DNA of 64,000 nt from the IMG/VR virus record IMGVR_UViG_3300046463_000715, positions 1,868 through 65,867 of that record. The stretch is one strand, 5' to 3'. Position numbers and translations under genes: made by a program. Below are positions 1-7,481 of the stretch, piece after piece (positions within the stretch are counted from its first letter, which is position 1; each line of letters opens with the position of its first letter). A model generated the notes under the pieces. It saw only the letters and a list, made by a program, of their open reading frames with translations. It had not been told where the DNA came from and did not search any database. Origin of the DNA: a virus (lineage: Duplodnaviria; Caudoviricetes).

Positions 1-77
1 AACTTTAGACCCTTGCTAGGAGTAGGCTTTGTGCCCTGGAGAGTTCCAGGATTTAGCTGGTCGAAGATGTCAGACAT
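1..77 (-). CDS. N-terminus of a large internal virion protein (MSDIFDQLNPG..., runs off the window)
   Basis: ATG at 77 preceded by ACTTT, 6 nt after the stop of the 581-aa ORF; open to position 1. Confidence 0.6.
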   Translation of the reverse strand, partial: MSDIFDQLNPGTLQGTKPTPSKGLK

Positions 78-83
78 AAAGTG

Positions 84-1829
84 CTAGATGGCATAACCAG
101 CACTTTTGGCTAACTGTCTCGCTTTAGCATTGTCTCCCTTGGCTTGGTCAATGAACTTCTGAGCCGTGGCGGCATCCAGAGTTTTATTCTGACCAGAGCC
201 AGCGGAGCCTTCGACGGTGCCGTTGCCGACACGAGGCGAAGTTCCAGTTGCTTCTCCTGGGAGTTCCGGAACTTGGGTCATGAGCCGTAAGGCTCTTTTC
301 TTTCCAAGTGCCAGTTCGCCGAGCGAGCGAGGTGCCTGAGTGCTCTGTATTGCTGCGCTGTGAGCTGCTTGCGCATTAAGCCGCGCTGATTCGAGAAGGG
401 CTTCTCGATGCTCGGGCAAAAGAGTCTGCCCGGACAGCGCGTGATAAAGTGGTTGCTTGATTGCGTCGATGATGTTGTGGGTGTCACCGACTAACTCCTG
501 GGTCGCTTCGTTGAATTTCGCGTTAGGAGCAAAAGTTTGTGCGTAGAGCTGCGCCAGGGTCCGGTCGTTTACGCCGGGAGCCTTCGAGGTCTTCGCGAGC
601 TCGGCCTGATGCAGCATGTTGCCGTAGGCCTTGATGACATTCTGGGCAGACTTCATGTTCTCGTCGCCAGAGATTGCCTTGTTGAGAGAGTCGACCTTCC
701 CGGCCATTTCCAGACCGGCAGGTGTAGCCATGCCGCCCCCGCCTTCGTCGCCCTCTCCAGCGAAAGGATTCGCTTTGTATTTGATGGTAGGCAGGCCGGT
801 GCTCGGGTCGACGGTCATTTCGTCCGCATACATTCCTTGAGGAGTGGAAATTCCCGAGCGTGCCCACTGCTGCATACGGTAAGCGCGGACTGCCTCGGTC
901 GGAGAAACTGTGGTCCCTCCGGGGGCTCCCTTTTGGTAACCAGCGATGACTTTTTTCTGTTCGCTCCGGGAGAGCTCATCCCACGGGGTTGAAGCATCAT
1001 GAGAAGCGGACTGCGCGGCTGCGGCAGCTGCCGAAAAAGGTTTGCCGTGAATTCCGAACTGCATTGCATCGGTGCTCGGGCCAGCGTCACCACCAGCAGA
1101 AGCACTGGAGGCAGTCGTTGCAGAAGGGATAGCGTTGAGCCGAGAAGCGGAGCCGAGGCTCGCACTGTCCGGCTGAGGAACACCAGAGCTCGGAACATCG
1201 GGCAGAGAGTTGGCTGCTTTCTGGTCGCCCTTCAGAGCGGGGATTTGCCGGTTCGGTTTCGCGAACGTGGTCTTCGGGTTGCTGGCCTTGACATCACCAG
1301 GGTGACCGGTGCCAGCTTTGAAGCCGTAAATATTGTAATCGAAACCGTTGTCTCCCTCGGTGCTCGGGGAAGTCGCGGTCTCGGTCGCATCAGATTTCGG
1401 CAGAGTGGTCGTCGACTGCGCCGAGGCCTGCTGCGGATTTTGGAAAGAGGTTGGCTCTCCAGCGGCAGCGGTCGCGCCAGCCTGGGGCGGGGGCGGAGCC
1501 TGTTCCTGGCCTACGTCATTGCCCGAGGGAACACTCTCGTCGTTTCCGAATGCGCCCTGCGGGTCGTAAGTCATCAGATGGAACTGACGCTTCGCGTTAT
1601 TCAGATTGAACTGGCCGGTCTCCTGAGCAAGGCCGGATTGAGCGTGAGTGTCCTGAAACTGTTTGTCGGCTAGCTCCTGGTTGTGCTGGCGGAACTCGTT
1701 CTCTTTTTGGATTTGGGCCTGCTGCGCGATATACTCAGGCGACTTGGACTTCAGCCAATTCTGGACAAGAGTTTGCACCCCCGTCCACTGAGGAGGGGTC
1801 GGCGTTCCGAAACCTGTAGCGCTTGCCAT
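84..1829 (-). CDS. putative internal virion / DNA-ejection protein
   Basis: 581 aa, A/G/Q/P-rich; lies after the tail genes where podoviruses keep ejection proteins. Confidence 0.55.
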   Translation of the reverse strand: MASATGFGTPTPPQWTGVQTLVQNWLKSKSPEYIAQQAQIQKENEFRQHNQELADKQFQDTHAQSGLAQETGQFNLNNAKRQFHLMTYDPQGAFGNDESVPSGNDVGQEQAPPPPQAGATAAAGEPTSFQNPQQASAQSTTTLPKSDATETATSPSTEGDNGFDYNIYGFKAGTGHPGDVKASNPKTTFAKPNRQIPALKGDQKAANSLPDVPSSGVPQPDSASLGSASRLNAIPSATTASSASAGGDAGPSTDAMQFGIHGKPFSAAAAAAQSASHDASTPWDELSRSEQKKVIAGYQKGAPGGTTVSPTEAVRAYRMQQWARSGISTPQGMYADEMTVDPSTGLPTIKYKANPFAGEGDEGGGGMATPAGLEMAGKVDSLNKAISGDENMKSAQNVIKAYGNMLHQAELAKTSKAPGVNDRTLAQLYAQTFAPNAKFNEATQELVGDTHNIIDAIKQPLYHALSGQTLLPEHREALLESARLNAQAAHSAAIQSTQAPRSLGELALGKKRALRLMTQVPELPGEATGTSPRVGNGTVEGSAGSGQNKTLDAATAQKFIDQAKGDNAKARQLAKSAGYAI

Positions 1830-1846
1830 AAAACTTTTCTCCTATT

Positions 1847-2182
1847 TTACAGACCACCACCGAGAGCCGCGCCAGCTGCTTTACCAGCCAGAGCACCAGC
1901 GGCAGCGTTAGTCCCTTGCTGGGCAGCTCCGCTGGTATTGGAGCCGCCTGGACCCCCGGCTCCGCCATCTGTGGCAGGGGGTGCGAGCGGAGCCTGATTG
2001 GCGGGAGCGACAGCGGGCTGCTGCATCAGTCCGTGCAAATAGTTCAAGAACCCGCCCGAGCCATCGGTCACCATCTTGCCTTGGGGATTGAGCTGAAGCT
2101 TAGGTTGAATGCTGCCTCCGCCGGTCGAGCCAGACATCGGGGCGTCCTTGTTTCCTTGTCCGAATCCTAGTGAGATTGCCAT
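1847..2182 (-). CDS. small Gly/Ala-rich virion protein
   Basis: 111 aa, AT-rich start context, C-terminal GALAGKAAGAALGG. Confidence 0.55.
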   Translation of the reverse strand: MAISLGFGQGNKDAPMSGSTGGGSIQPKLQLNPQGKMVTDGSGGFLNYLHGLMQQPAVAPANQAPLAPPATDGGAGGPGGSNTSGAAQQGTNAAAGALAGKAAGAALGGGL

Positions 2183-2189
2183 AAATTTT

Positions 2190-2867
2190 TTACAGGTTGC
2201 CGATTAAACTCGTGAGCCCGGACTCTTGCGCGAGCCCCGGTTTATTGTAGACAGCGGTGCTCGGTGTCGCAACCTGTCCGGTCGAAAGTCCTGAAACTAA
2301 TCCGGCCTGCGTTTGCAGCGGGCTCATGTATGCGCCTGGGACAGCTCCCAAATAACTTAGCGGGACGCCGGTTGCGGTCGCGAGCGCTTGCGGAGCCTGC
2401 GATTGCAGCTGACGTTCGGCCATGTAATTCTGGCCGATGACCTGAGCGTTCTGGCCTTGCGCCTGACCGGCAGCGGCAGCGCGGTTCGCTTCCTGGGCCT
2501 GCTGGTTCGCCGTGGAGAAGCTCATTCCGGAGCGCGCAAACTGGGAACGGATGCGGGCGTCCTGGTCTGCAGAAGCGGAGAGGGCGCGATTGTAGTTCGC
2601 GTCGAGCTGGGCCTTGAGCTGAGGGGAGCCGCTGAGGTAGCTTCCGCCAGCGGTCTTGCCAGCTTCAGCGGCAGCGGTTGCCCAGCCTGGGTCGGCTGCA
2701 GCGGTCTTGAGCCCGCCAGCGTAAGCCTGGGTGCCAGCGTTGATTGCGCCCTTGTTCTGGTCGAGCTGGCTGTAGATGTTCGAGCGCTGTTGCTGGCCCT
2801 GACCCGTCATGGTGTCCAGGACCTGCGGCTGGTCGGTATATTTCTGTGTCGAATTGCAAAAAGGCAT
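2190..2867 (-). CDS. putative DNA pilot / ejection protein
   Basis: 225 aa, Q/A-rich helical, AGGGGAG SD-like site; synteny. Confidence 0.55.
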   Translation of the reverse strand: MPFCNSTQKYTDQPQVLDTMTGQGQQQRSNIYSQLDQNKGAINAGTQAYAGGLKTAAADPGWATAAAEAGKTAGGSYLSGSPQLKAQLDANYNRALSASADQDARIRSQFARSGMSFSTANQQAQEANRAAAAGQAQGQNAQVIGQNYMAERQLQSQAPQALATATGVPLSYLGAVPGAYMSPLQTQAGLVSGLSTGQVATPSTAVYNKPGLAQESGLTSLIGNL

Positions 2868-2886
2868 AAGGCTCCCCTATTGATTT

Positions 2887-2915
2887 AAGATACCACGTTT
2901 AAGCCCTTTTGGCAA
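2887..2915 (-). promoter_or_regulatory. sigma70-type promoter
   Basis: TTGCCA-N17-TATCTT. Confidence 0.55.
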
Positions 2916-2917
2916 AG

Positions 2918-3352
2918 CTAAGAAGTGGCGTCAAAGTAATAACTGCGGTATTTCGCCTGCATCGCGAGGCAAAAGTCCATTCCGCCCACGAGGAGCGCGA
3001 CCTGGATAAAAACGTCCTGATACTGGCTCTTAATCACTTGGCTTGATAGCCGGTCCAGGGCGTTGTCCCGTTTCTTGAAGTCCTCGGACGAGACCCAAGC
3101 CAGGGACGAGCTGAAAATGACCGGCAGAAAAACTGCGCGGTGCTCCTGGTAAAACTTGTTCTGGCTGACCTCGATGAGCAGGTCCATGTTGGCGCTCACC
3201 AGCTGCGAGGCAGTCACATCCTGGTCCCGGTCGAAGAGGTCATCTTGGACCTGGACCCACACGTAAAATGCCCGCATAAAGCGGTGGGCATCTTCGTTGC
3301 CGTTCGAGATTTCCTTCAGTGCTTCGAGAACAGTCACAGTATAAGGTAGCAC
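2918..3352 (-). CDS. helical protein with a DDxxD (isoprenoid-synthase-like) motif
   Basis: VQVQDDLFDRD in a 144-aa helical protein. Confidence 0.55.
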   Translation of the reverse strand: MLPYTVTVLEALKEISNGNEDAHRFMRAFYVWVQVQDDLFDRDQDVTASQLVSANMDLLIEVSQNKFYQEHRAVFLPVIFSSSLAWVSSEDFKKRDNALDRLSSQVIKSQYQDVFIQVALLVGGMDFCLAMQAKYRSYYFDATS

Positions 3353-3362
3353 ACAAAAAGGC

Positions 3363-4088
3363 TTACGACATCTTCTGAACCGCTACTGAGTAAATCTCCA
3401 TCGGGAAGCCCGAGAGATTGCAGTGAATGTTCACCGTGTCGAAAGCGCCGGTTGCTTCGCTGGCTGCAATGGCAACTGAGTGCGTCTGCAAGGGCTCACC
3501 ATTGCTCGGAAAAGTAATCGCGCCGGTTTGGGACATAGCAAAAAGCAAGTCCGCAGTAGTTTGGTCAACGCCGGTCGAGCCGCCGTGAGCCGGAGGGTCC
3601 TGAGCCCAATGCGTCACCGTGTAGTTCGGAGTCCCTTTCAGGATGTCCACCAAAATAATCCAGTGTCTTTGCGTGCCGACACCCTGGACAGGGATGCCAG
3701 CATTCCAACCTCCGCCCAAAGAAACCGAGCTAACGGTGGTCCCGACTTTCGTAAGAGCGAAGTTGCCGCCGTTCCAATCGAAGACCGGCTGAACCCCGCC
3801 TGTTCCAGCAGCATAAAAACCTCCTATTGTTAAGGCAGACGAAGCTCCTACGAAGTTATTGGTGCTCACCATTCCATAGGTTGAGCCGATGCCAGAGCAC
3901 ATGCCGATTGTAGGCCCAGAAGGAGTCGGAGTGCTCGCTACTCCAGCAGGATTGATTGCCAACATGCAGCCGATGCGGATTTTAGTCCAGAAATTCCCGA
4001 TGGAAAGAGTGCGCGCCCATTCCTCGGTGCCGAGCTGAAGTGCGATGTCTGCGCCCGATGCAAAAGTTCTTGAGACGAATAGTGACAT
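3363..4088 (-). CDS. tail-associated beta-rich protein
   Basis: G/T/S-rich; follows the fibre gene; start inferred at MSLFVSR. Confidence 0.5.
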   Translation of the reverse strand: MSLFVSRTFASGADIALQLGTEEWARTLSIGNFWTKIRIGCMLAINPAGVASTPTPSGPTIGMCSGIGSTYGMVSTNNFVGASSALTIGGFYAAGTGGVQPVFDWNGGNFALTKVGTTVSSVSLGGGWNAGIPVQGVGTQRHWIILVDILKGTPNYTVTHWAQDPPAHGGSTGVDQTTADLLFAMSQTGAITFPSNGEPLQTHSVAIAASEATGAFDTVNIHCNLSGFPMEIYSVAVQKMS

Positions 4089-4092
4089 AAAA

Positions 4093-6231
4093 TTAAACAG
4101 AGCCTCCACCTAGTGCCACGCGCAGCGTCTGCACTCGGTTGAAGAGATTAGATAGGTCAGTGGACGACATGTTGAAATGGAAGCACGCGAACGAGAGAGT
4201 GTCCGAGCAGAAAGAGTTATTCGCCCCGTTACCGTTTTGTGCAAACACCGACATGGGGTTAGTAGCTACCGCTGTGCCGGTGAAGCTCGTTGTGTCTGTC
4301 GCATTAATCTGCGCGAAAGCGGAGCCCGTCTTCGCAAACCAGACTCGGTGGTCCGTCGAGGATGTCCGGTTGTTCGCGTAGAAGCCTATGCCTGGAGATA
4401 GGGTGCCGCCGATTAAGTTCGCGTTCGCACCATCGAAGCTGTAGAAGAAGGTGTCGCTGAACTTACAGGATAGAGTCAGACGGGAGGTTGCGCCTGCTCC
4501 GTCCCAACTACCCATAACTGCACCGTTGGACCCAGTCGCGGGCATCATGACAGCTAGGCCTATGTTGTTTGTTCCTGCGACGATGGGCTTAATCCCCGTG
4601 TTCAACCACTTATTCGAACCGTTGCCAGTGAGACCATTGACGGTCAGGTCTCCGCCCACGAAGTTAGTATTAGTCCAAGGGTCGTTGAATGCACCGACTA
4701 GCGCGCTAATCAGTGGAGTGATTGCCGCAGTTAAGCTGTCGGGGACAAAGCAGTTGCAGGACAGAATTTTATTGTCGATGGCATCGGTAGCCAGTCCGGC
4801 CATAAAAGTTTTCAGAGCAGTCACGGTGCCGCCACTCGGAGCTGCCCCGCCGTTTGCGACCACGCGCAGAGCCCAGTCGTCGACGCAATCGTTTCCAGAC
4901 AGGGTCACATAACCACCGTGAAGGTCCTTCCGCATTTGATGGACGCGAGTGAATAAGTTTGCCGACTGCCCCGAAGACAACCCGCCATGCACAGCGGCAA
5001 AGGACATTCTCCTATTACTAAAACCTGCCGGGGTTCCGTTGGCGTTCGAACCAAAGCAGTAAACCGAACGGGTTGAGCTCCTGGTCTGGTCTGAGACACC
5101 GGAACCTGTCACCAAAGTGGAGTGCGGGAAATTTGACGAACCCTTATAGACCGCATGAGCATTGGACGCAGTGCGGTTGGATGACACAAACCCAGTAGCC
5201 GCCGGATAGGCGACAGCGATACGCCCCGTCCCGGCTCCGTAAATGTCACTGTAAATATTTCCATCGCTCCAAGGAGCGTAAAGGTGGAACGAATTGACGT
5301 TGAAAGCGCTTCCCTCACAACCCAGGTCGATGATACCGCTAGTGCTTGCGGAATAGTTATAGACCGTCAGAGCTCCGTCATTGTCACTGGCGAAGGTCGG
5401 ATTGGGTAGAATGCCGGTGTCTAAATATTTAGAAGAGCCGTTGCCTTTGAGACCATTGAGGGATAGGTCGCCCAAGACAAAACTATGGTTTGTCCAAGGG
5501 CTGATACCCGTGCCCTTGATGAGAGGAGTGATTGAAGCAATGAGGCTGTCTGGCACAAAGCAGCAGACACCCTTCATCGAAGTGTAGATGCTGTCGGTGA
5601 CCAGACCGTTCATGAACGTAGTCAGAGCGGTCTGAGTTGCCCCACTAGGCGTTGCTCCACCGGCTGCAACTACCCGAGTCACCCAGTCGCTGGTGATGTC
5701 CGTGACCACACAAGCAGTCGATGTAGCTGACGCGCTGGCGGCGTCCGTTGCAATCAGGGTGTAGCTGCCGTAATCGCCTGTGCTAATACCGGTGAGAGTG
5801 AGAGTCGTAGTGGTCGCACCGGAGACAACGCCACCGTTGCTCAAGTTTACTCCATTCTTCTGCCACTGGAAAGTGACCGGCGCAGCGCCATTGATTTCAG
5901 TCGCGGTGATTATGATGTTGTCACCAGCCATCGCACCTACTGAAGCGGTGGGCTGGACAGAGAAGGACGGAGGTGTCCCTACGCCCCCTGATGCCCAGCC
6001 GAAGACGGGCAGGATAGTAGAGTTGAGTGTGCTGGTCTCGTAATTCTCGAACGCTACCAGAGCGGCGTAGGTGTAGACTACACCAGGACCGGCCCAGCCT
6101 CTTTCAGGCCCGCCATAGTCCAATCTCTGCGATTCGAAGTCCTCGAAGGCCCCGATGCTCGGGGAAGGAAATTCACCGAGAGAGAAGCGACGTTGACGCC
6201 TAAGAAAATGAATTCTTCCAAAAGTGCTCAT
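4093..6231 (-). CDS. tail fibre / receptor-binding protein with an Ig-like domain and two repeated modules
   Basis: Ig signature FQWQKNGVNL...TLTLTGISTGDYGSYTLIAT; duplicated DWxxRVVAxGGAxPS...CFVPDSL module. Confidence 0.7.
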   Translation of the reverse strand: MSTFGRIHFLRRQRRFSLGEFPSPSIGAFEDFESQRLDYGGPERGWAGPGVVYTYAALVAFENYETSTLNSTILPVFGWASGGVGTPPSFSVQPTASVGAMAGDNIIITATEINGAAPVTFQWQKNGVNLSNGGVVSGATTTTLTLTGISTGDYGSYTLIATDAASASATSTACVVTDITSDWVTRVVAAGGATPSGATQTALTTFMNGLVTDSIYTSMKGVCCFVPDSLIASITPLIKGTGISPWTNHSFVLGDLSLNGLKGNGSSKYLDTGILPNPTFASDNDGALTVYNYSASTSGIIDLGCEGSAFNVNSFHLYAPWSDGNIYSDIYGAGTGRIAVAYPAATGFVSSNRTASNAHAVYKGSSNFPHSTLVTGSGVSDQTRSSTRSVYCFGSNANGTPAGFSNRRMSFAAVHGGLSSGQSANLFTRVHQMRKDLHGGYVTLSGNDCVDDWALRVVANGGAAPSGGTVTALKTFMAGLATDAIDNKILSCNCFVPDSLTAAITPLISALVGAFNDPWTNTNFVGGDLTVNGLTGNGSNKWLNTGIKPIVAGTNNIGLAVMMPATGSNGAVMGSWDGAGATSRLTLSCKFSDTFFYSFDGANANLIGGTLSPGIGFYANNRTSSTDHRVWFAKTGSAFAQINATDTTSFTGTAVATNPMSVFAQNGNGANNSFCSDTLSFACFHFNMSSTDLSNLFNRVQTLRVALGGGSV

Positions 6232-6581
6232 GCGATGTTGTTCACGAAACCGTCGAGGTTGATGACAGCGGTAGTGTCAGCGTAGGCTTTGACGATGAGA
6301 GAGTTTTGCAGAAGCATACCGTCGAAGAGCTCGATGCGGCCAGCCTGGGCCGGTATGGTCATTTTGATTTCGTTGTCGGGCTCGGTCGTCCCTCCCCACA
6401 GAACAGTCAGGACCACGGGAGCTGTGGAGTGGTTGTAAGCATAGAGCCAAATTTCATCCAGGGCAGATGTCCCGGACACAGCGGTATGAATTGTCTGCGC
6501 GGTGCCGCTGGTGATTGCAGTCACCTTAATCTGCTTCCCGTTGGTGCTCCCACTCAAGAGTTGTTTTGTGAACGTTGCCAT
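6228..6581 (-). CDS. phage tail-associated protein
   Basis: 117 aa, beta-rich, overlaps the next gene by ATGA. Confidence 0.6.
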   Translation of the reverse strand: MATFTKQLLSGSTNGKQIKVTAITSGTAQTIHTAVSGTSALDEIWLYAYNHSTAPVVLTVLWGGTTEPDNEIKMTIPAQAGRIELFDGMLLQNSLIVKAYADTTAVINLDGFVNNIA

Positions 6582-6593
6582 AAATTAGCCCTC

Positions 6594-7481
6594 TTAAGAG
6601 AATACCTGAACCTGGAGCACATTGGTAGCGCTAAGGCTGGAAATAGTGGGAGCTGCCCAGACGGTGTCGTAGTTCGTTCCAGAGTTCTTGGTCAGCACCT
6701 CATTGGTCGCACCACCGGCAGGGACCTCGTGCGTGTCTCTCCAGACCTCGTCGTAGTTCGTCCCAGAATTTTTGCTGAGAACCTGGGCAGTCGAGCCGCC
6801 GGTAGGAACCTCGTGGACATCCTGCCAAGCCTCGTCGTAATTTGTTCCAGAATTTTTCCTCAGTGCCTGACCGGTCGAGCCGCCGGTAGGAACCTCGTGG
6901 ACATCCCTCCAGCCCTCGTCGTAGTTCGTCCCGGAGTTCTTGCTGAGCACCTGAGCGGTGGAACCACCGGCAGGAACCTCGTGGACATCCCTCCAGCCCT
7001 CATCATAGTTCGTCCCAGAATTTTTGCTGAGCACCTGAGCGGTAGAACCGCCGGTGGGAACCTCGTGGACATCCTGCCAGCTGTCATCGAAATTAGTGGA
7101 AGAGTTCTTCCGCAATGCCTGACCGGTCGTGCCCCCAGTAGGTAGACCCGAGGCGGCTGCTTGCCAGCTTGCATCGTAGTCCGTTCCAGAATTTTTGGTC
7201 AAGACCTCGCCGGATGCTCCACCAATAGGTAGCTCGTGTAAGGTCTTCCAGCTGGCATCGCCATCTGTGGAAGAATTTTTCTCCAGCGCTTGGCCGGTCG
7301 TTCCGCCGGGAGGGAGACCCGAGCCGCCGGTAGTAGACAGAGAGCGGAGGAACCGTTCAATCTGCCGAACGGTCTGCTCGGCTTGACGGGTCCATAGAGA
7401 CACATTCTGCTGATACTCCGGAAGGCTAAGAGAGCCTAGCTTCGGAGTGGGCGGCAGAATAATATTTCCGAGCTCGCTCAT
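6594..7481 (-). CDS. tail fibre protein with PTGG..QVLxKNSGTNYD..W repeats
   Basis: about 8 copies of a 28-aa fibre repeat. Confidence 0.75.
   Translation of the reverse strand: MSELGNIILPPTPKLGSLSLPEYQQNVSLWTRQAEQTVRQIERFLRSLSTTGGSGLPPGGTTGQALEKNSSTDGDASWKTLHELPIGGASGEVLTKNSGTDYDASWQAAASGLPTGGTTGQALRKNSSTNFDDSWQDVHEVPTGGSTAQVLSKNSGTNYDEGWRDVHEVPAGGSTAQVLSKNSGTNYDEGWRDVHEVPTGGSTGQALRKNSGTNYDEAWQDVHEVPTGGSTAQVLSKNSGTNYDEVWRDTHEVPAGGATNEVLTKNSGTNYDTVWAAPTISSLSATNVLQVQVFS
6655..7320 (-). repeat. 84-bp imperfect coding tandem repeat, about 8 units
   Basis: GGAACCTCGTGGACATCC recurs at 84-bp spacing (6805, 6889, 6973, 7057). Confidence 0.9.

Noticed and set aside
6655-7320. Regularly spaced repeats resembling a CRISPR array
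   Set aside because: In-frame coding repeats with no unique spacers
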